Shown piece after piece: positions 54,600-64,000 of a stretch of 64,000 nucleotides of DNA. The position numbers and the translations under genes are program-made. The stretch's first letter is position 1. Every line of letters begins with the position of its first letter. The stretch is from the human T2T-CHM13v2.0 reference genome, Homo sapiens: NCBI RefSeq assembly GCF_009914755.1, contig NC_060925.1; one strand, 5' to 3'. The notes under the pieces are model-generated. The model was not told the origin of the DNA. It made no database searches and saw nothing but the letters and a program-made list of their open reading frames with translations.

Positions 54600-55325
54600 T
54601 TGAAGTAGGCCAACTACAAAGTTAGAAAGCACATTCCCCAAAACTGCCCTTACTTCTGACACCAAGTTCAGGGGGCCGTCAAAACCCTGAATAGAACCCT
54701 CAGGTTCGATAATTTGCTAGAAAGACTCACAGACCTTACTGAAAGCTATTGTATTTAGGGTTATAGTTTATTACAGGGAAAGGTTACAGATTACAACTAG
54801 CCAAGGAAAGAAGTTCACAGGGCAGAGTCAGTCCCGAAATAACAAATGTGGAGCTTTTATTGTCCTCTTCCTGTGGAGTCAGGACAGGTTACTCCCTAGC
54901 ATTGTTGAATGACAATGCACACATGGAGATCTGCCACCCGGGGAAGCTCACCCAATCATTGTGTTCAGAGTTTGTAGTGGGGCTTCATCACACAGGCATA
55001 ATCGGTTGATTAACCACATGGTTAATCTCTATCTCCAAGTTGATGGATACCACGTGACCCAAAGCCCTTGCCTTAAGTCACATTGTTGATCTTTCTGGAG
55101 TGGCCAGTCCCTACTCTAAGACTATGCAGGTGTGGCCACCTCCCCATCCTAAATCACATTGTTAGACTATCTCATATGACTCAAGGTCTCCAGGCAAATA
55201 AAGCTCTTTCTATCAGGCATAACATTCCTAGGGCCCAGAGATTATATCTCAGAAGGCAAGGGCAAAGGCCGGACTTTCTTTTCTTTGGGCAAGAGAGTCT
55301 TTCCTATAAATTCTTTACTATATAC
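54600..55325. mobile_element. LTR, MER21-like
   Basis: actgcccttacttctgacaccaagttcagggg...ggttatagtttattacagggaaagg...ggcaaaggccggact; family from memory. Confidence 0.6.
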
Positions 55326-56299
55326 CTACTAGGTTTAGAAAGTATCAAAATTTGTACTTAATCATCCCCAAATGGTGAAAAGCCTGTGATTCTCCACCCC
55401 TGCCTTCTGTCCTCTCTTGAGAAAAGAGCATTTTTTTTCCCTTGCCCTACACAAACCATGAAGCCTGGGAGAAGTGTCAGTATTCTTCACCATTCCTAAT
55501 GTTCCTTTCACATCTTTAAGTTTCTTCTTCCTTAGGAAAAGCTGCCTCTTCTGAGGTTAATGACAACTATCTCCCCATACATATTTACTAACAAATTCCC
55601 AGGCATTTCTCACTTTTACAGATTTGGGGACTTTCCCAATGTTCCTTTCCATAATAAATCCATTAAGCCAATAGTTTTGCCTCAAAACTCATTATCTTTC
55701 CAGATTAAAGCTATCTTTACTTCATTATCCCCTAACTCTGAAATATTAAGCTCTAACAGGTCCTCTCTGATCACTACCTGTTATCCCTTCTGCCCATTAC
55801 TTCTCTTATTCTAGATAATGTGCTAGTTGGTCACTTAATGACCTTCTGTCTCTTTTATTTGTGAATCCAATGGACGTCTTTCAGGTCCTATGTTACTTGA
55901 CAATTCTTCTGAATTGGACACGTTTTACTTCTGGCTCTTTGAAACATTCCCTTCCCTTGGCTTCAATTACACAACTCTCTCCTACTTTTCTTCCTCTGCC
56001 TGCTGTAAATATCATTGTACCCTGGGATTCTTTCTTGTTTGTGTGTGTGTTTTTTTTCTCCCTTTGTTTCCTTCCTAGGCTTGACATTCCCTTCCAAATT
56101 CAGTCAAAACCATGCAGCATAGAATATAGAACTTCTACCATCTGAGCCCATTCTATGTTGAACTGAGTTCTGATTGTCTTTCTAGCTTTATCTCAGCAAA
56201 CCCATGGTACAGAAAGTGACTACCTTGTAACTTAATGGGAATTTTCACAAAGTTTTGGGCTTTTTATATCTGTGTCTTTTCATGCTGTTCCCTCAGCAC

Positions 56300-56740
56300 A
56301 GGGACTTCAGAACTTCTGCAGCCCCCTGGTTCTAAGGATGGAGAAAGTTATCTATGTTAGGCCAATGAGATCACAACACCCTGACCACAGTGACTGGCTC
56401 AGGGAGAAGCAGGTGACTAATGGGAGGCCAGTCAGGGCCCAGACAATTTTATTCCGGGACTTTGAGCCTTCAGGGAAGAAGACTTCCTCTTCTAGTCTGC
56501 CTGTTATGACAATTTGAGCCTTATGCTATGGGAGCCACTATGAAGATCCTAAGAGTGGAGTCAATCCAGGGGAAGAAAACTGAGAGCTGGACCTGGGCAG
56601 TATCATTTGAGCCCAGGGTCAAGCGATCACTGAACTTAGAGCTACTCTAGACCTCTTCAGCTAACATGATCCAGTAAGTTCTCTTTGTGTATAAACCAGT
56701 CTGATTTATTTTTCTATAGAAGTAAGCCTAGAGACTGATA
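56300..56740 (+). mobile_element. Old MaLR LTR (MLT1K/L-like)
   Basis: ggccaatgaga...gaccacagtgactggctcaggga...gtgac...ggccagtcag and 3' aaaccagtctgatttatttttct. Confidence 0.5.
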
Positions 56741-57135
56741 ATATGCTCAACAAATATTTGTCAAATGAAAGGAAACCATAAAATGGATAGATTAACTATC
56801 TCAGAGGGCTGGTCTGAGAAGTAAATGATTTACCAGTCATTTACTTTTGCTAGGCCAAGCACAGTGCCTAGCAAAAAGCAGGTACATGAAACGTTCATTA
56901 TGTTTCTATGCCTCCAGCACTCTCCCTGTCACCACACAGTCCACACAACATAGCTCAAAAACTGCTACCTGAACTTGATTATAAGTTCTAAGAAAACTCA
57001 TATTCACAAAAATTTGACTTCTTCAGTCCTAGGCTTTTTCCCCATAAGTCTTTTTCTTCTATTAAAGACCACAACTTAATATTTACTTATGTTTTTAAAG
57101 ATCACAACAGTAAACATATTCATTTGTATAGCATC

Positions 57136-57699
57136 TGCTACAGTTTGAATATTTGTCCCCTCCGAAAGTCATGTTGAACTTTAATCTCCAGTGTGGCAGT
57201 ATTGAGAGGTGAGGCCTTAATTTATATTTTTTAAAATAAAGATAAAGTCTTGCTATGTTGCCTAGGCTAGTTTCAAACTCCTGGACCCAAGGCATCCTCT
57301 ACCTCAGCCTCTCCAGTAGCTGTCCTACAGGAAAGACCCACTGCACCCAGCTTGGTGGGGCCTTTAAAAGGTTCTTGGGTCATAAGGGCAGAGCCCTTAT
57401 GAATGGATTAATGAATTATGGGTTAACAGATTAATGGATTATCATGGGAGTGGGATTGGTGGTTTTATAAGAAAAGGAAGAGAAACCTAAGCGAGCAAGC
57501 ATAACCCCCTCACCATGTGATGCCCTGTGCCACCGTGGGACTCTGCAGAGACCTCCCAGCAGCAAGAAGTCCCTCACCAGATGTGGCCCCTCAACCTTGC
57601 ACTTCTCAGTCTCCATAACTGTGAGAAATAATTCCTTTTCTTTATAAATTCCCCATTTTCAGATATTCTGTTACAAGCAACAGAAAATGGACTAAGATA
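57136..57699 (+). mobile_element. MST-type solo LTR with a nested Alu monomer (~57222-57353, minus)
   Basis: tgctacagtttgaatatttgtcccctcc...cagaaaatggactaagata; 5-bp TSD GCATC (57131-57135 / 57700-57704). Confidence 0.85.
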
Positions 57700-58988
57700 G
57701 CATCTTGCAAGGCTTCACTTACTATGCATGCAAAAGCAAAATATTTAAAGTAAAAAATTGTTAGATCTGATTTCATAAATATTTAAAATTTCTGTATGTC
57801 AAAAAAAGTCATTAAAAATGTAAGATAGGTTAAACTTGGAAATGTGTATAAACAAAGAGTATCTTAAAATTTTGCAAATCACTAAGGACAAACACCATAA
57901 TGAAAAAGAATGTATGCTGAATATAGTCACTTTATAAAAGAATACCTACAAATGATCATTAATTATATATTTGATGTTCAATGACATAGTCGAAGTCATG
58001 TACATTAAGCCAATAAAATATAATCTTTTTCTTATCATCTTGGCAAGCTGGGGAAAGGAACAGAGAAAGATGCACATCTATGCTCTACTGGTTGAACTGT
58101 ACATTGTTAGGATGGGAATTTACAGTTTATGTAAAAACCTTAAAAAATGTATTAATCTTTGACTCAGCAGTTTCACTTCCAAAAATTAATATTTAGAAAT
58201 TAATCATAGAAATGAACAAAACTTGTAACGATGATTTTTATTTAATATTTTTTATAATGGTAAAAAATTTAAAAGTTGATAATAACATCTATCATCTATT
58301 TATTGAATTCTCACTTATTAGATTTATTATGTGTCAACAATTGCATTTTCACATACATTGTCTCATTTATTCTTCATTTTATAGATTAAAAAATGAATTT
58401 AGAGATATTAAATATTCTGATCAAGATCACAAATCTAGTAAATGGCAGATTCAGAATTTAAACCCAGTTATATTTTTTTCCAAAGCCTATGATCTGAATT
58501 ACTATTTTTAGATTTTCTTGTCAAAATTTTTGTCTAGCCATAGGATGATAAATATGATGCAGCTGTTACAAGAGGTATGAAGAAATACGTAATAACATAG
58601 GAAAATGTGTATGATATTGTGTTAATTGAAGAAATTATAAGATTAGAAAGCTTTATACACAGAATGATTCTTTTAAGACAAAGTATAAGTCTCTGTTCAA
58701 AGAAAAAGATCTGTAATAAAACATCCTCAAAAGATAGTTATCTTAGGGTGGTAAAGTATATCTTGGAAATATTTTTCTACTTTGTATACTTTTGTATTTT
58801 CTAAATGCACAGACTAATTCATAGTAGAAACTATTAATGTATTATTTTTGCAGCCAACAAGTTATTAAAACACTTCAACATGGCCAAAAGACTTTTTTCT
58901 TCTTGTGAGACTGGAAAAGTCAAAAGCCTCTTAAAAAAAAAAAAGTTTGAAATTTCTTTCCACGGGGCACTCAAAAAAGTTTTTACAA

Positions 58989-59790
<802 letters not shown>

Positions 59791-60044
59791 ATATTTTTAT
59801 AAATTATATAAAGCTAAAGACTAAAACAATAATTTGGTGAGTTTAAAAGTAAAAGATAAACCAATGAAAAATGGAAAAACTCAGAGTGGATAAAAGAAAA
59901 TTCTGTAGCCATCCCATTTTAAATGCTTCTCTACTCTTTATTCCAGTTTTGTGGCACTTTTACCTAAAGGAATGGCAGAAACACTTTTGTGTTATGCAGA
60001 GCTGAAGCCTCTCCCATTGGCCTGCTCTCACAGGTATTTTATAA

Positions 60045-60404
<360 letters not shown>

Positions 60405-60834
60405 TAAACCACTTTAATTGGACCTTGTGTTCAGAGTATAACCTTACTTAATCTTCCCTATAGGTTTAAGAGGTAGGTATAACTATGCCTATTTCATAAA
60501 TGAGACCACTGATTCTCAGAGAGATTAAATAACTTGACAACTTTCTTAGATAGTGAGAGATTAATTTTTTTTTCATTTCGAAGCCCAAGATCTTTCCACT
60601 TCCTCTCACAGCATAACAAAATCAAAGGCTATGCATGTGCTCCCCAAAGAAAACTTAGGGTAAATATCCTGTCTGTGACTCAAGACACATTTTACAAGTG
60701 GCTAAGAAAAAAATCTTTAGACTGTTCGAAAATGAGTAGCATGGCTTTTAACATAGTGCTGGGGAGGATTTTTGCTTTGAAAGTAAAATTAAAGGTGAAT
60801 TGATAACGAATATATAAATATCATGACAAAGGGT

Positions 60835-61345
60835 ACTATTGTCTTATTTTTGGCTCTCTCAAAAGCAGACCAAGCAAAAACAAGGATTTTGAGTATAAGG
60901 AGTTTATCTGGGAGGTGATCCCAGAAAGTGTGGTGAAGTGAAGCAAGGAAAGATGAAATGTCAATGCATTAATTAGTGGGTCACTGCTGTGGGAAACTGG
61001 GGCTCAATTTCTCAGAGTAGCATCTAAGAGTTGATGGAACTGATGTAGAACACAGTGCAGAATTGCCCCTTCAATGGGTGAGGAGGCTGGAGTGCTTTTA
61101 TTCAGCAAATCCCATCTATCATGAATTGATGGTTGTTTCTGGGACATTATGTCTCTGGCACTTCCAGCCTTCCCTACAAGTAGACTGAGCACACTCCTGA
61201 GACCAGAAACCATTCTTAGGCAGAGAGACACAGGTGCTTGAAGTAAGATGCCTTTGCATGTAAAAAATTTTTCTATGAAGCTGTAGGTGACCTTGAGAAT
61301 GGACTGAGGGAATCTAGGCAGGACATCAGCAGAATATGCCACAGG
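60835..61345. mobile_element. Old MaLR/ERVL LTR fragment
   Basis: aaaagcagacc...ggattttgagtataaggagtttatctgggaggtgatccc pattern. Confidence 0.5.
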
Positions 61346-62580
61346 GATCAATAATAAGTAAATGTGTGTTTGTGTGTGTATGTGTGTGCAGCTTGAATAG
61401 AATAAAATGCAATTTCATAAGTAGTTTCAAAAAGAGCAAAATGCAGAGAAAACTATGTTCTCTTACTTTTATAGACCCTTCTACCACTTGATGGCCCATA
61501 CCAAAGTTTAGGTGCTTGAAACTAAAAAACAAATAAATAAAATAAAAAATAATAATGACTTGAAATGATGACAAATATTGATAATAGCTGCAAAACAACT
61601 TTCCCCAAATGTGCCCTTTTCCAGTTGATGGTGAAGCTACTGTTACTATATTGTGGGTTTTCAGAATGATTCTTTCTTTCAACGCTTGGCTTCTCCTTCA
61701 AATCCTGCCCATCTTGACACCTATTCTAGATTCACGAAATCATTACTACAGAGCAGCGAAGCTCTTGAATTAATGCCTAAACCACTTTCTTACTTTGTAT
61801 ATCTCTTTACTTTTCACTGCTACTGGGGTCTGATTTGTCTCTTTTATATTGGCATTCCTTCTAGAAACAGGAAGATCCTTTTTAAAAAACAAATTTTGTA
61901 AGAGAAGAGTTGTTTTCCTAATTCAAATGTTGACAAAAAGGATTATTAATGCTGATAACTATAATCATTCTTCTGTATTCACGTCTTGTATTATAGTCAC
62001 ATGTCTTCTTAAGCTACTTAAAATGACTTATTTTAAAACCCCATGAACGAAATTTAATTGAAAGTTAATGTCAAATACCATTATTATCTTTGAACTAAAT
62101 GTGAAATTAAATACTGATAAATTTTCATTAATTCTAGAACGATTGATACTCTGTCAAAGTCCTCCTATAATTCCTTTGATTTCTCCTGACTGATTTGGTT
62201 GTAACTATGTGGGCTCTTTTTTTCTTCTAGCTTCTTAAATGCTGGTATTCTCCAGGGTTCTCCCTTCAGATTTCTATCTTCCCACAACCTATTCTCTTTC
62301 CCTACATAATCTCACCCATATCCAAAATTTAAGTTATCACCTACTTACTGATAATTCCTGGATTAATATTTCTCACTCTGATCTATCTCTGAAACTCCAG
62401 TTTCATTTTGTGATTGCTACCAAACATCTCCACTGGGGGTCCCACAGGCACTGCAAATTCAACATGTCTACATGTTAATTTATATTCCTTCCCAAACTTG
62501 CTCCATCTCAGCCCCCTTTTTCACTCTTCACCTAGTCGCTGAGAATGAAATACTGAATTGTTTAAATATGAATAATAGGC

Positions 62581-62865
62581 GGCTGGTGGCTCACACCTAT
62601 AATCCCAACACTTTGGGAGGCCAAGGCAGGTGGATCACCTGAGGTCAGGGAGTTCAAGAACAGCCTGGCCAACATGCTGAAACCCCATTTCTACTTAAAA
62701 TACAAAAAATTAGCCAGGCTTGGTGGCGGGCACCTGTAATTCCAGCTACTCAGGAGGCTGAGGCAGGAGGATCACTTGAACCCAGGAGACGGAGGCTGCA
62801 GTGAGCCCAAATTGTGCCACTGCCCTCCAGCCTGGGCAACAAGAGCAAAACCCTGTCTCAAATAC
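62581..62865 (+). mobile_element. Alu within L2-like sequence
   Basis: Full dimer with short tail. Confidence 0.9.
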
Positions 62866-63273
62866 GTACATAAAATATTGAATGTCTACCATACCCTAAT
62901 ATGGTAGGATGAATACTTAACACTAAGTATGAACTTAACACTAAGTATTTTGTGTAAATTAGCTAATTTAATTATCAAAAGAAGCCTGTTTTCTGTGCTC
63001 CTGTGCCCTCTTCCCACCTCTTTTCTGGTCCTCATACCATTGCATTGTTGCTGTTTGTTCCCATGTCTATGTTCATTTCAGTGACCATGTCATATTCACT
63101 TTAACATCTTCACTATTGTGCGGTGTTTGGCATACATTAGATAACTAAATATTTGTTGACCGAATTAATGAATATATAACTGAGTGAATAACATTTTAAT
63201 AATAATATGTTTCCTGGATAGTCTACGGGGAAAACAGGATCATTAAAATAGTCACAAAACTGCATTCTCTGGC

Positions 63274-63710
63274 TGTGGTGGCTTGTTTACAAAATGGCCC
63301 CTAATGAACCATGCCTCCCAGTATCACATATTCTTGTAGAAACCATTCCCACATTGAATCTGGGGTAGCTCTGTGGTTGGTTTCAATCAATAGAATGTGG
63401 CAGAAGTGATATTTTGTAGTTTCTAAGGTTGGGCTTCAGGTGTCTACAGCTTCCAACTTCTCTCCTTTTGGGATATTTGTTTTTGGAAACCAACCAATAT
63501 GCTGTGAGTAGCCCAAGGCACAGAGAAGCCATGTGGAGAAAAACTGAGGGTCAACAGCCCCAGCTGATTTCCCAGGTGCCAGTCAGCATGAACTCCCAGG
63601 CCTTTGAATGAGCCATCTTTAATATTCCAGACCATTTGAGTAACAGATGACTGCAGCCTCAGTCAACATCATGTAGGCCAAAAGAGCTTCTCAGCTGAGC
63701 CCAGTCAATT
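63274..63710 (+). mobile_element. MaLR LTR (MLT1F/G-like)
   Basis: tgtggtgg...aaaatggcccctaatgaacc...caatagaatgtggcagaagtga...gatgactgcagcc...cagctgagcccagtc. Confidence 0.7.
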
Positions 63711-64000
63711 CCTCTCCTACTGTGGGTTCATGTGATCATGTCTTATGTGCATGCAATATCAAAAGTGATAATTTTGTGGACTTGTAAAGTCTTTGCCACT
63801 GCCACAGTGCCTGTCGATGTCTATGCTAATGCCGCTGGTACCTGATGTTGAGGGTGCAGATCTCTACACGGGTGTGGTCTCAGGTTACCACAGAACTGTT
63901 GTCATGAATACTGCTGATCTGTTGCCCTTTAGAGTCTCACAGAGATCACTGTGAAACAGCCTTTAATATTTACCCATATTTTTATTGAACCCCCTTCACT

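Noticed and set aside
63715-63960. Unexplained sequence following the MLT1-like LTR, possibly a retrocopy fragment
   Set aside because: I could not recognise a parent gene, polyA tail or TSD; needs a BLAST search

Overview
Human (primate) euchromatic DNA, repeat-dense and AT-rich, with no prokaryotic features. It contains an entire minus-strand multi-exon gene that I recognise as C1orf141 (1p31.3, neighbour of IL23R). Six coding exons can be spliced directly from the sequence (44756-44682, 43425-43268, 32980-32868, 13837-13768, 12937-12751, 11120-10521) into a 400-aa ORF ([25 protein letters not shown]...[11 protein letters not shown]). There is also a CpG-rich promoter and first exon near 52.4-52.5 kb, an Alu-derived 5'UTR exon, two frame-coupled cassette exons and a candidate poison exon. 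Several non-coding exon boundaries were located with help from my recollection of the annotation and then checked for splice signals in the sequence. The left end holds the 5' 2.4 kb of a young L1HS (Ta-1d-like, minus strand) with an intact ORF1 and ORF0 and a frameshifted ORF2. The rest is about 35 Alus/Alu monomers, solo LTRs (LTR17/HERV-W, LTR15, MER57-like, MST, MLT1), a full MaLR LTR-int-LTR element, old L1/L2/MIR fragments and microsatellites. I do not see a new biological system in the strong sense. The best leads are an ~177-bp old inverted duplication in an intron, an apparent internal exon duplication in C1orf141, a circRNA-type Alu arrangement around the start-codon exons, a 106-codon ORF overlapping the stop codon, and an old LTR whose polyA-signal position now reads as a splice donor pointing toward IL23R.
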